Assembly: GCA_024704765.1 (NCBI GenBank)
Contig: JAKMXF010000028.1
Coordinates: 15,698-79,697, forward strand
Source: Oopsacas minuta
Lineage: Eukaryota; Animalia; Porifera
DNA length: 64,000 nt
Direction of reading: 5' to 3'
The position numbers and the translations under genes are program-made. This document shows positions 12,462 through 25,539 of the stretch, in pieces. The notes beneath the pieces were generated by a model. That model was not told the DNA's origin. It did no database searches and was given only the letters and a program-made list of their open reading frames with translations. Positions within the stretch are counted from its first letter, which is position 1. The number at the start of each line of letters is the position of its first letter.

Positions 12462-15400
12462 CTATACTCAGTATACTCAGGTAACTATGGGTGGGAGCAA
12501 TGGAATGTATTATATACAAATAGACGCATAGGCGTAGCCAAGCAAAGGGTATACCTCGACTCGGATATTTATACAAGTACATCTCCTGGGTGTGTTATTG
12601 AATGAAAGGGGCTTCACCTCTGGATCCGCCACTGCAACCCCCATCATAAAAAATCTCCAGCTGACAGATGGGAGTGCAGCTCAGGAGTATTTGCTTATGT
12701 TTGATTATTAATATTAAATACAATTAATTATATGATAAATCATGTAGATATAGATTTGAATGTGAAATTTTAAATCTACATACACGTTGGTGGATTACAT
12801 ACAATTCGTGACAATTTGTATTAGGCCAAGCTAACACGATCTACAAGTAAACTTAGTAGCGTAACTAGGGTTGCCAGGCGTCCAGTTTTAAGCGGGACAA
12901 TCTGGTTTTCGAATTTAGAGCCATTTGTCCTGAGTCCGGGAATGGAGAATTTTGATTCCTTTCCGACTACTCAGGACAGTCAATATCTTCTATACTCATC
13001 TAAGTCTAACTAAATCCTTGGAAAAAACCGAAACACTTCATTACAATAGTTGCATTTTAACAATTCGCATAGTCTTTAGCTGCAAAGAATTCACTTACAG
13101 TAGAAATTTCAATATTTAGCGTATCTACTATTTTGATTATTAATTCATAATTATGTCTGTGTGTGGGTTCGTAACACTCCAGTACAATAGGCCAGTATAT
13201 ATTCCTCATGAAGTGGTCATAAATAATATCACAACAACAACAAATCCACAATATACTGGGATAATTGAGTATGCTGAGTCCAAATATGATATTGTCAACA
13301 ACGCTAAGCATGACAGTTTATTCGCTCGAGGGCCATAGGGCCGAGTGTGGCCACGGAGTGTTTGCAACCGCGTAGCGGGAGCAAGCGAAGCGGGCTCGTT
13401 AATATTATTTATGAAATTTATACTTATACAACTATGATCGGGGGAAACAAGGTTTTGACTGGGATTAGTAATAGACTTAACATCTCATCGGTGCTTTATA
13501 CCGATCATCGGTAGAGGTGGTTTGGTGAATTAATAGAAACTACCGATTACCGAAGATCGCTGTATAAATAAACCTACAAAAGATATATGCTATTTTGCAA
13601 TCATCACATTTAAACAATTACCACAAAAATATCGATCCTTAAATCAATAATCATGTCATGAATTGTGATGTCACAAATTGTGTATATTCCATACTGATTA
13701 CTCCTAACTAGTAGTTAAAATTAAATACCTAGCATCCTTTTCAATAATATGCGAAAAGGTGTGAAATATGAATAATCTCTATATGTGTTTATGTGTAGAT
13801 TTATCTTTGTAAGTCCAGGATTAGTTGAAAGAAACTAGAAGACTCAAGGGCTGATTTTGCCATACAGGGGCATTTGGGGCCTGGCTCGGACAGTTCAAGT
13901 CTTGGACAAAAATTCACACCAACGACGAAATTATGATGTCATTGTCACCTTTTGGAATTTTCGAAAAAGCACATTATTAACCACTGTTCATCCAATATAA
14001 ATGATAGAAGGTGAAATTTGCATCACAGGTACCCCTCAATGTGACAATTGTCCAGACTTCATGATTCTGACCAAAAGCTAATTCATTTTTGGATTATTAC
14101 GTCATCATGACAGTACCAAATAATCAAAATTTTCCAAATTTAGAAAAATTTCAGAATTTCTTAATACCTGAGACACGAAGTGCCGGGATTACTACCCAAA
14201 AGCAACATAGCATCTCCAGTGTCACCACGAAGGCCATTGAACGTAATTTGGATGGACCATGGTTAATTATATCGTAAAACTTTAACAATCCTGTGAATTC
14301 GAGGCATGTAGTGTTGACCAACAACACTATAAAATTTTGCTGTTTAATACTTAAGCTAACCTTGAGCACTAAGCTCTCGCACAGCGACCTAGCAAGCGAA
14401 GCGGCTTAATTGCGTTTTAATAGTATAGATATTTGCTCTTAATCTATGTTATTAATCTTAATTTGTGTCTGTGTGTCTTTCTATCTGTCATGCTCCAATA
14501 CAAAAAACATATAGGTTCGGTTCATAAAGTCCAGAACCAAATATTATACAACATAACAATAACAAAACAATATTGTACTGAGTGATCAAGTATGCTGATT
14601 CCGAATATGATATTGTAAACAACATTTTGTGAATATTTGTTATGCTGGAGGATATTTCACAATTGGGGTATATCCGGAAAGCGTCAAACCTAGCCACCGC
14701 CGAAATGCTGTGCCAGTATTTTTTCACTTATTATTGAGTTGTTGATAAAAATGAATTTGTTCTATTTCTATAAATACTATGTGCAGGTGTCATATGATAT
14801 TTTATCTCTATGATATAGTATCCCGGGATAAACTATTTACATGATAGTAGATAATAATCAATGAAAATATCTCTAAACAAATTTAAAGGCAGTTAAGTGA
14901 GACTTGAGCTGGGGCGTAACTAGAGATCCCAGAGCAAGGAGGCAAGGTTGGATATTTGCCTCAATATAATGGCGATTACAAAAGGTAGATGAAGCAACGT
15001 CCGAAAAAGCGAGGAGACAGTTGCCTCCTCTGCCTCAATACTAGTTACACCCTAACTGAGCGATAATTGGGGCTAGAAGCTAATCCATGAACCTGACGCG
15101 TCAAGCTCAAAACGCGGAAAGGGACACTGGCACAAATGTAGGGGCTAGCTTTCAACGCTAATCTATTAAAAAATTGTCTAGACAAATCTAAAAGCTTGTT
15201 ACAACTTACAAGACACTAAAGCATGGAATTATGTTTCGAAATAGTTCCAAAATTATTACTCAGACCTATAATTGTAAGCCAGACCAGAATTTACCAACCC
15301 GAAAGCGATCTGGCCGGACCACTGGCCACTTTGGGACAGGACAAATTCTGGTGTGACAGGCCCAGTTCTAAATGAATATTTTAGTTAATAAAAACAACTA

Positions 15401-15483
15401 GAATATTTGTAAACAGAATTTACTATTAGAAGATATAACAAATATAATTCCTAATTGAGAAATACACATACAGAATGGAAAAA

Positions 15484-16150
15484 TTAATTGACCTCTTCTA
15501 TGTCCTCTCTCCCAATGGTATGGATTAATTCTCCTGAGGGAGATAGTATCTTAATTTGGTGATGGTAGTGATCGCTAATGAGGATATTCCCTGCTGGATC
15601 GAAACAGCAGAAGAATGGTTCATCTGAGGAAATACAAACTCTGTGATTGCGACAATCAGCTAAATATACGTCTCCGTTATAGTCTGTACATAGCCCACTA
15701 GGATAGTTTAGCTCTCCCTTTCCTGATCCTCGGGTTCCAGCCCTCACTAGCTTGATATCACTGAATTGGAACAAAGCATGGAGACCACAGTCCGTAACGA
15801 ATACATGATTTTCTGTTACTGCTATAGCCCTTGGCTCCTGGACTATGCATTGCCAAAACTAGTGACGAAGTTACCCTCAAATGTAACTACTTGAATACGA
15901 CGGTTTCCAGTATCGGCAATATATACCAAATGATTAGGTTCATATATTGCTAGACCTTGAGGATTACATAGATTGGCATTCGCTCCTCACTCATCCCGAC
16001 AGATAGAATGGGCTGTTTCTTGAGAGAGTAGTCCAACTCTAATTCTTTCACGTGAGCAGACTTAGGATTAACTTCTGCATTTTTTGGATTCCTCTGTTTC
16101 CATTTGTTGTATTGGATATAGTTTGGTTTGAGATAACTCAGATAAGTAAC
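15484..16150 (-). pseudogene. NHL-repeat pseudogene of a different subfamily from the intact copies
   Basis: ELDYSLKKQPILSVG linker, YIADTGNRRIQV, ELNYPSGLCTDYNGDVYLADCRNHRVC and GNILISDHYHHQIKI across frames, with an internal deletion. Confidence 0.8.
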
Positions 16151-16398
16151 CAATTCATACTCGACGTGTTTGATACTTTAGTAACTTGAGACTTCCAATT
16201 GATGCGTCATTGATTTTCTGGTAACTGACCTACCTTAAAAATGTACGAAGGGCACTCATAGGTTTCGAGCCCAACCATGTTACTGGTTGCTGAAGGAAAA
16301 CTATACAAAATGAATTAGTTCTATATTAATATTAACTTAGAACTGTGTAATCGTTACAATTATGGTCAATCAAGATAGCCAATCTATAGCACATAAGA

Positions 16399-17487
16399 GA
16401 CGCTACATTAGTTAGAATTTTGATGCTGTCATGAGTTAGAATCGATTTGATACCACTGTCACAAGTAGAATTAATGAGGAATCAAATATGTGACCTTTCG
16501 AAACATTTCTCCATCCATTTAATAGTATTGTTGGGATTCTGTGTTCAACTAAAAGGAAGAACTTACGAGTATTCCTATATAGAATACATAATTTTGTATG
16601 AATAATGATCTCTCAGTCTTCACGATAAATGGAATACACTTTACAAGAATATAAATGCAGCAAGAGGAAAGTTTACACAACTACAGATGGCCACAAGTAC
16701 ATCAAATAGAAAATGACCGATAACCATCTATCTCAGGTGCGTTTTCTTTAAATCTATGAAATGTAGAGCAACTTGCAAACTAAAGTTAGGATACAAATTT
16801 GGTCAATCCATTGCAGGATTAACATAACCATAGTGATACTAAGTATGATACACACACTTACGAGCTGAAAACTAAATGTAGAAACAATTTCAAAATATTC
16901 ACAAAGCAATCTCGGACAGATTTCATTGATAATGTTAGAGTTGTATTCTACTCAGGACAAGTGGGCACTCTCCTGTCAGAAATTTCTAATTTCTAGTTCG
17001 ATGGAACGTTTTTCAGGGTACCTATTCAGTTCTTTCAGCCTTGGACTGTATATTTCGAATCATTAAGCCATACAATTGGAACCAGAAAACTTAAAGATTA
17101 TCTCCTTCCAGTGATTCCGAACCTGAAGGTGAAAGTAATGAAATTGGCACATCTGAAAAAAATGCGTTGTATGTCTACCACCTCGTACAACTACTTGAAT
17201 TTCATGCCGTGTAGGCATGCTTGTTGTTGTAGGGAATGTAGTGAGAGGCTTGAAGAAATGGTACAGCCTTGTCCGGTTTGTTGTTTTACAGTTCAGAGTA
17301 GATTTCAATTTTTCTCATCATTCTGTTATTTACATACATTTCATGTTTTCATTACTCTTTATTCATGTCATCATTCTTTGTCTATGACAACAACTTAATA
17401 TCCTCAAAATCGATTCTAACTTGTGATAATTGAAAGAATTCAAAACTTATGACAGCATCAAAATTCTAACTAATGCAGGCGCGCGTC
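16399..17487. mobile_element. ~1.1-kb unit bounded by imperfect inverted repeats, carrying a RING pseudogene
   Basis: 16399..16448 is the inverse of 17407..17487 (CATTAGTTAGAATTTTGATGCTGTCAT...AGAATCGATTT, with one indel). No TSD found. Confidence 0.6.
17100..17315 (+). pseudogene. Frameshifted C3HC4 (MDM2/IAP-type) RING finger
   Basis: CVVCLPPRTTT in one frame joins FMPCRHACCCRECSERLEEMVQPCPVC in the next; preceded by an acidic Ser/Glu linker. Confidence 0.8.
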
Positions 17488-18955
17488 ACAATGGCACGAG
17501 ATATCCTATCAAAATATTTATTAGGCAAAGTCGTAGATAACTTTTCAAAAGTGGGGGGGACTTATTTCATAGCTCCCAAGTGTGAGTTGGCCTAAAGCGG
17601 GTCACCCCATTAGGGTTGCCAACTTCACCTATATCTATTCCGGGAGGATGATTACTGGGGGGGAGCAGGGAAGTATGAACCAGATATTCACTGGTGGGCT
17701 AATCTAATGACGCCATTTTTGCTCTCATAATTCACTGGTAAATTCAAAGTTGTTGAGGGTAAACATGTAATACACATATTTATCATCGTGAATTAGTTAT
17801 GTAAGGCGAATTCACAACTTAAAAATGATGATACTACCAAGAAGATTTGTCAAATCTCCATATAAACCTATATTAAAACTCGATTGGTTGTTGGCCCAGA
17901 ATTCCGGAACTGGGAAAAGCTACAAACTTGAAATTTGGCATGTATGTGGAATGTAATTAAAATTTTCTTCCGCCGCAACAGCAATTGATCAGTTATAATG
18001 GTTTAAATTCATATTTCGAGTTGAATTCTTGGTTATGAAAATGAGTTGGTGAAAAAAAGTGAATGAGTGTTATTGCCAACTCAAAATGAGTTGATACAGC
18101 TCTGGTTGTGACCAATAAATTCAGTATTCATTATATAACGATATTCTCAGTACGTGTATATATGTTCCCTAAAGCATTCTAAAGTGAAATATAAGGAGTT
18201 ATGTGAAAATGCGAATATATTATAACAAACTTGTAAGGATTATTTAAAATTCCTTTGTAATTAATTACGTTTCAATTTACTTAAAACTGAATTAATAATA
18301 GAAATTACAATTACAAATTGCAATTACTTTATGTATAATTATAAATTCCCTATATTGATGGACCATGGATAAGATTGAGACTGTTTCAAGAAGTAGGAAA
18401 CTCTTGGTTAAATGAAATTGTCTCCTTCGATGTATCTTATAAAACTAATTCCTACAGCTGTATACAGCAGTGTTCCCAACCTTCTTGCACCGTGGACCCT
18501 ATATCAATTTGTGTAGAGACCATACTTTCCATAGACCCAAGATTGGGAACCGCTGTCCTACTGTGAATAGAAAATTAGAAATCTCAAAGCTCCATAAGAG
18601 AATTTTAACATTTTTCACGGATTTACTTTATGAAATAATATACTATCACATCAATAGCCTTATATAACGAATTTTCAGTATAAGAGTACCACAAATTATG
18701 AACAATTAAGTACAACCAATTTGGCTGCAATTAATTAAGCCAAACGGAACCAGTCTGAACAAATTACCTAAAATATGTCAAAACCACAAAGTTATGTATT
18801 ATCCATAAACCATACTATTAAACCTATAGAATAATTAAGTCCAGAATTGAAGAGCATATTGATAGTGTCTATTGACCTGATAGACTTCGAGAGAGTAAAT
18901 GAGGTATAATACAAAAGATGGGGATCGTTTGTTTTGTGGAAGGGGAAGATCTTTT

Positions 18956-20221
18956 CTACCGACACTCCCAGATTTTAGCAGAATAGTCCACACTTCCGGT
19001 TAGAACAAACGGGTTTTTATGATGGCAATCTATACAACTGACGAAATGGTCGTGAGCTTGGAGAGATTTGTGAATTCTCTGGTTTTTATAATCCCAGATT
19101 TTTAACGTCTTGTCATCAGAAACACTCAGAATATATTTCCCGCCTGGATGGAACTTTAACCCGCGAATCCAATCGTCATGTCCTCTAAGTTCGCATAGAC
19201 AGAGTCCAGTAGCGATGTCCCACATCCGGATACTCTTGTCTCTAGACCCAGATATTAGGAATCTACTTGGTTTACCTTTCTTAGCCGGTGTAGAATCAAT
19301 TTTAATCAAATCAGACTCCTTTTGATGACATAAATTTACAGAAATTGAATGGAACGCAGTTTCTGGAGCCCACTCTAGACACTCGATGACGTGATCGTGT
19401 CCTGTGAACTCGTTCACACACTCAGCTGTAGATATGAGCCAAATTCTAACAGTCTTATCATCAGAACAACTGGCAATGTACTGACCGTCCGGACTGACTT
19501 TAACACAGCGAACCCATTCTTTATGAGCACGAATAGTCTTGTGACAATACCCAGAGGATAAGTCCCAGAATTTAATACAGGTATCACGGGAGGCAGACAC
19601 TAGCAAGCCAGTTGGTGTGTAGCATAGCGAGTGTATACTGTGTTCATGACCCTGCAGAGTCTTTGTACATTGTAAAGCTGATATATCCCATAGTTTAATG
19701 CTCATATCATTTGAACAGGAAGCAAGAGATTTACCACTAGGATCAAAAGCTACATCCTGCACACTGTCAGTGTGTCCCTTCAGTGTCCCATTGAGCTCTC
19801 CAGATTCTGAGTCCCATAGTTTTATCTGAGCATCATCAGATCCAGTTGCTACTAGTTGGTATATAGGATGGAATCTAACTGAGTTTATTACATTACGATG
19901 TCCAAACAAGGAAATTTTCTCTGGAGGTCGTGGTATCCATTCTGAAGGGTCTAGCTTTTTCCGTGAGGGCATATACTGGTCACTGGAGATTTCTTTCAAT
20001 CTTTTTGTTAATTCTTCATTCTTGAGTGTCAATCTAACTACTGCGACCCATTTCTTCTCGAGGACTCCTTTCGTCGCGGAAGTAGAGTTATTGTTTTGTA
20101 AACCAACTTCTCTTGTGAATACCTCGTAAGTGTCATTCAGGCCTTGTGATTTAAAATATTCTGCTAGTGCTGCGTGAAGTTCCTCTCGTTGTTTGTTGGA
20201 TAAAAGAGATTTATCTACCAT
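18956..20221 (-). CDS. PAFAH1B1: Lissencephaly-1 homologue (LisH, coiled coil, WD40 propeller), single exon
   Basis: LSNKQREELHAALAEYF LisH, LEKKWVAVVRL, WIPRPPEK, GHDHVIEC, SGSRDKSIRMWD and the C-terminal TGSVDYSAKIWECR are LIS1 signatures. Confidence 0.97.
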   Translation of the reverse strand: MVDKSLLSNKQREELHAALAEYFKSQGLNDTYEVFTREVGLQNNNSTSATKGVLEKKWVAVVRLTLKNEELTKRLKEISSDQYMPSRKKLDPSEWIPRPPEKISLFGHRNVINSVRFHPIYQLVATGSDDAQIKLWDSESGELNGTLKGHTDSVQDVAFDPSGKSLASCSNDMSIKLWDISALQCTKTLQGHEHSIHSLCYTPTGLLVSASRDTCIKFWDLSSGYCHKTIRAHKEWVRCVKVSPDGQYIASCSDDKTVRIWLISTAECVNEFTGHDHVIECLEWAPETAFHSISVNLCHQKESDLIKIDSTPAKKGKPSRFLISGSRDKSIRMWDIATGLCLCELRGHDDWIRGLKFHPGGKYILSVSDDKTLKIWDYKNQRIHKSLQAHDHFVSCIDCHHKNPFVLTGSVDYSAKIWECR

Positions 20222-21638
20222 GATACTCTATGTTAGAGAAGGAATTGATAGAATTAGAATTCTCTAGGACTAATAGGATTTAATATAACAGTAATTATTA
20301 CTAATAGATAAAGTAAAGTGAACAAAATTGGAGTTGAGTTGTATTAAATCTAATAGGAGATACAGTATAATCTCCCAAAGTTGGGTATCCGGGATGCATT
20401 TTGCAGGACTCTGACTTCACCCACTTTTGACTTAAACGAATTTTACTACTACTTTCGCCTATTTTAATGAGATTTGTCTTTCATATGTATAATTATTATT
20501 TAGGCTGTATACTCCTGGGACTTCATTGTATATTAATCCTAGCTATGAGAAATAAACCACAGTTGGGGCATTCTTTCTGCTATGCTCTTCAATATATATC
20601 TTTCCTTCATACCATTTTTGGAGGTATCCTACCTTAAAATGTCCCAGAACGGCAGGTTCTAATTCAATTTTACCCCACTTTTGGGAATTTCTACTACAAT
20701 TTTTGTATACATTTTAATTCAAAAATTGCCTTCGGTTCAACTCAAACCCCACTTCCAACAAAAGCCTCACTAAATGGCACACATAAATCCAATCAAGTGG
20801 ATAGAAACAGTTATTTGAAAGAAAGGTTATTAATCGAGCGAATTAATCAATTGTTCTTGGAGTAATCGAATATTTAACAGAATGAAAACATTTATATGAA
20901 CACGAGCCGCTTCTCTTGCTCGCGCTGTGCGGCTTGCGAACACTATGTGTTGGCACTTTATGGCTCGAATTCTTTCATAAGTACAACTGGTATTTACACA
21001 CGAGCACCTTGAAATTGCCCAATTCGGAATCAGCCTACTCGATTACCCTGGTATAACAGTTGGAACCAAGTTTCTAATACTATTTAGAATTTCTTTACTA
21101 TAAGTGAACCTAAACAACAACAAATATTCACAATACGTTGTCAATATCATATTTCGATTCAGTGTGCTTCTTTTGCCTAGAATAACCGTCGAAACTAATT
21201 TCCGCAACTATTTAGAAATTTGTTTGCCAGTTTCTCATCAAAAATAAAAATATGAAATTCTGATACAGCGTACTCTGTTACCCCATTTGTAGCCGTTAAG
21301 AGCAAGTCTCTACCAGCGCTGGACACAATTGAATTCTGCACTGTACATTTAGATGTCGAAATGCCAATTCTCACGCCTTTTGAGAAGAAATCTCACGGAT
21401 TGACGAGATGCCAGGTTGGCAACTATGGATCAGTTGTTTAAATACTAAATAAATATTAAGAAATAAATAAACATAGAATGGTGATACAACTAGGTATTAG
21501 ACGATCCAAAATTAAGGATATAGATTTAGATCCCATCCCGATCTTGAATGAAATTGTAATCGACGTTCACGTATCCGATCCAAAATTCTAAAAGGATTTA
21601 TGATCCTATTTACGAACCTCTAATTGATGATCCATTTT

Positions 21639-21822
21639 CATACTTGCCAACCTGAGTGAAGAAAAAAGCGGGACGGAGAGTACTAATTTAGCGGGACACC
21701 GTGGAACGTAGTTTATTTACATTAGACTGGACTACAAATAGCGGGACAATAGCCTCATTGGCCCTCTTTACATTTCCGAAAAAGAGGGACGTCAGCCAAA
21801 AACGGGACAGTTGGCAAGTATG
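21639..21822. mobile_element. MITE with 13-bp TIRs and internal CGGGAC motifs
   Basis: CATACTTGCCAAC ... GTTGGCAAGTATG; TSD ambiguous. Confidence 0.7.
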
Positions 21823-22066
21823 CATTTTTCGAAATACATTGAAAAATTTGATTCTATAGCTGGATGTTTAGACTGCATGATATAATAATCTACAAGTGTG
21901 CTTCGTTTGCTGAATGACAGCTTAGTGCCTCAGGTTAGCTTAAGTATTAAACAGCTAAATTTCTTAGTGCTATTGGTCGCGCGAAACATATACTCGGACA
22001 TTACCCGGACTACGTGCATAGAATAAAGAAATCGCGGAAATTTTAAGAGATAATATAGAGGGAGCT

Positions 22067-22117
22067 CAAGCTCTACTAGAGCACAAGCTCTACTAGAGCA
22101 CAAGCTCTACTCGAGCA
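22067..22117. repeat. 3 x 17-bp tandem repeat CAAGCTCTACTAGAGCA
   Basis: Directly visible; resembles the terminal sequence of the MITE at 29747. Confidence 0.9.
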
Positions 22118-23249
22118 CAGTTTCGCTCATATTTGTGGAATGTATAATGAAATCACAGATAATTTCATGAATCAAGATCAAATCATATTGTGAATATTTG
22201 TTTACTTTTAGGTACATAAAGTAAATAAATTTCAAAATTGAGGTAGAATCATACTTTCGACAACTATGCTGGGGTAATCGAGGATGCTGAATCTGAATGT
22301 TGTAAACAACATCAATTTTATCAAATCTCCGTTGTTCTTTGTCTGTTTGTTTGTCCGTTGAATACCTCGAGGCACAATGCGCCGAGTTCATCGCGAAGCA
22401 ACGAGCCAAAGGCTCGTATATATATACACGTTTGTATGTCCAGAATTGATTGAAGAAACTTGAAGACCCCCAGGGCTGATTTTTGGAATACAGTGGTATT
22501 TTGGGCTTGGCTCGGACATTTTCGAGTCTTGGAAGAAAATTCACACCTATGACGAAATTATGATGTCATTATCACTTTTAGATTTTCGAAAATCACATTA
22601 TTAACCACTGCTCAGCCAATATACATGATAGAAGTTTGAAATTTGATTCACAGCTATCCCTCAATGTGACAAAATGTCCTGACCTAAGGATTCTGAACAT
22701 AAGCTAACTCATGGGATTATTACGTCATCATGACTATACCAAAAAATCTAAATTTTCTAAATTTTCTAATACAGCCGAACCTCCAAGATACGGACACCCA
22801 TTTTGTTTCAAATAACAATCATATCCCAACTTTATATAATTTAACCCTGTAACAAAGATGACTTGGCGGTAATTAATGTCAAACGCATTTCTAACCTGGT
22901 AGTCCATCCCAAATGTAATTCCCATATACATTTATTGGACGTATTGTCCAAATAGTTTGTGCGAATATGAAATAAGATGTGGATTTAATGTTTGAGAAAT
23001 TGACGAATTGATAATTGGGTATATGTTCTTTCCACGGCGGCCCTATTTCTGCACCTGTTGTCGAGTAGCAAGTGCTCGATATCAATGTCACCTAAAGACT
23101 CCAGCCACTCCAGTGGACCTAAAGCTTCATCTGCCTCTGAAGGTGTCAGTAAGCTTTGAATTTGTTCATCATCTGAGTCAGGATCAACTTCTGTTACAGT
23201 TCTCTCGTTTTGAAATTGGGAAACAATTTCTTCATCAGTTATGATTTCA

Positions 23250-23930
23250 TATCTCGGATCAACATACCAATCTTCTGTTTCTTAAGAACCCAATTATGGT
23301 ATCCTTCAGAAAATGAGCAGATTCAGTGTCTGATTCTATATCCATTGTAACCATCATATGATCATCTGGTTTGAGTAAGTTAGTCCAACCCTTTGATAAA
23401 CAATCAGTGGATGTTTCACTCCATGCCTGTGCTGCCCAATAGACAGCCTGTTTTATCGTTAGCTCTTTTAAAACTGCAGGAATAGATTGATGTAATGTTT
23501 TTCTTCAAGAATGAGGTGACGCAAAAGCAATTATTTGTATCTCCTCTTAACTGATTCTAAAATGCCTTGATCCATAGGTTGTACGAGAGATGTCGTGTTG
23601 GAAGGTAAAAACATGGTAGTTACGGTCCTATCTTGAGACTGTAGTTTATCATCAGAGGGTTATGCGGGTGCGAAGCAATGAACAGGAAGACTTTCCATGT
23701 TCATGTGCTTTTAACATCGAGGGTTACTACTCTTGTGGATAAATATCAAAAGGAAACGACAACTTCCAGAGGAATTAGCACATGCAAGTATGGTTACCCT
23801 ATCCTTCGAGTGCTTAAAATTATTTCTTTCATCAACTGAAACTAGCGACCTTAAGGGCAACATTCGCCACCACAAATCAGTTTCTTCTAGGTTAAAATTT
23901 GAATTTTAGTGTATCCTCTTGTTTCGATTC
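23250..23930 (-). mobile_element. Degenerate Tigger/pogo DDE_1 transposase remnant
   Basis: KHSKDRVTILACAN and FLPSNTTSLVQPMDQGILESVKRRY, with stops and frameshifts; ends approximate. Confidence 0.8.
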
Positions 23931-24385
23931 ACATTTAAATGGTTGAATAGCTGAGGTATTGGCTGCCAGTGATCTCCTTGAAGTTGAACTGCACGTATAC
24001 CATAGCTCCTACAGAACTTGTGTTACCAACCAGAGCTACCCTTGAATGTCCCAACCTCATGATGGGGGTAAAGCGGTGGAAAAAAATTGTAGTGCTTACT
24101 TCTGAAGTAAGGGCCATGATACTCGTGCACCATTGGAGCGTTGCTGAAGAACCCTATCTTTTCCCTAGGGTGCAGTTACCATGAATATTTAGTTCTAATT
24201 AGATTAAGAAGGTATATGATATATGAAGTGAAAAATTGTTATATATAGTATCAGCATTCTAGTGCCCGTATCTCAAATGTTAGTGCCTGTATCTTGGAAA
24301 TTTAGTGTCCGTATTCACGAGTTTAGCAGGAGCATGCCCAGTGACTGATGAATAAATTTTTAGTTGGGTAGAACCATCCAGCTGG

Positions 24386-24668
24386 CAGTGGCGTCGTGTG
24401 GCTTTGATATATGGGAGGCACAATTTAATCTGGTTCTCAACAAGTTCTAGATGTTTGCCACCAGAATTTGTGAATTTGTGCACGCCAGATTTCAAAGTCT
24501 ATGGGCGTTGTAAACAATCAGTAATGTCTAGGAGCGAAACAATTGAAAGAAATAACGTTTGGTCTGCAATCGCTCCAGAAAGTTGTTTTTTTCTGGTCAT
24601 TTGGAGTAATGAAGTGTAGCTCGAAGAATATTTGGGGGGGCCCCAGTCACATATGCACGACGCCACTG
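24386..24668. mobile_element. MITE with 13-bp TIRs
   Basis: CAGTGGCGTCGTG ... CACGACGCCACTG. Confidence 0.75.
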
Positions 24669-25284
24669 AAGCTGAGGGTCTAGCGTGCTGTAGGTCTTCC
24701 AGTCGTGCCGGGCGTAGCCCTTCAAAAAGCTATAAGAGCTAACAAATTAATTACTTTGTACTAGGTTTGAATCTTGAAACAATTTCTCATAACCGCGTAA
24801 TACACATTTGGTTTGATTATTTTCCGATTCAATTGTTAAAAGTGATGACGTCAAGACAATTGTCACATTGTGGGATACCTGTATTTAAATTTCAACCATC
24901 TATCATGTACATTGGCTGAGCAGTAGCTAATGTGATTTTCAAAATTCTAAAAATGTGACAATGACGTCATAATTTCGTCATAGGTGTGAATTTTCGTCCA
25001 AGACTCGAACTTGTCCGAGCCAGGCCCAAAATGCCCCTATATGCCAAAAATCAGCCCTGGGGGGTCTTCCAGTTCTTTAATTAATCCTGGGCATACAAAC
25101 AAATATATAGGAAATTATATCTAGGACCCTATATTTAGTGTATTTTAAAAACTTACACGTTATTTTTTTATAAGGAACACCTTTATAAGGAACTCCAGGC
25201 TGAGAATTGGCAAAAAATTCAGGAACTCTTAGGAACTGCACAGCCTGAGATTATAATACCATAAATAATATACCTATCATAGTA

Positions 25285-25539
25285 TCATTTATTAATTTCT
25301 ATATCTTTCTTTGATATATAACCAATTGTATCATCTTTAAATACTACTTTAAACTCATCAAGCCTACTGTTAAAATATTGGATCTTTCCAATAAACCACC
25401 CATTTCCATATAACCCTTTAACTTGTTTTCCAACGAGTTCATGGTGAAAAATCCTATCAGCTATATTGTCCTCAAATTCTTCAGGCTCATCATCATCAAT
25501 TAGAAGACTTTCGTTCTCGTGAATCAACGTTCGAAACAT
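25285..25539 (-). pseudogene. Tudor-like fragment, probably a transposon C-terminal piece
   Basis: LVGKQVKGLYGNGWFIGKIQYFNSRLDEFKVVFKDD resembles a Tudor-like beta barrel; it lies among repeats. Confidence 0.45.

Noticed and set aside
22067-22117. CRISPR-like repeats here and in the Ginger termini
   Set aside because: Contiguous tandem units without unique spacers, no cas genes, eukaryotic context.
22107-22544. 145-aa ORF, and likewise ORFs at 14089..14369, 48003..48329 and 63031..63333
   Set aside because: Chance ORFs in dispersed repeats or MITEs with no recognisable domain.
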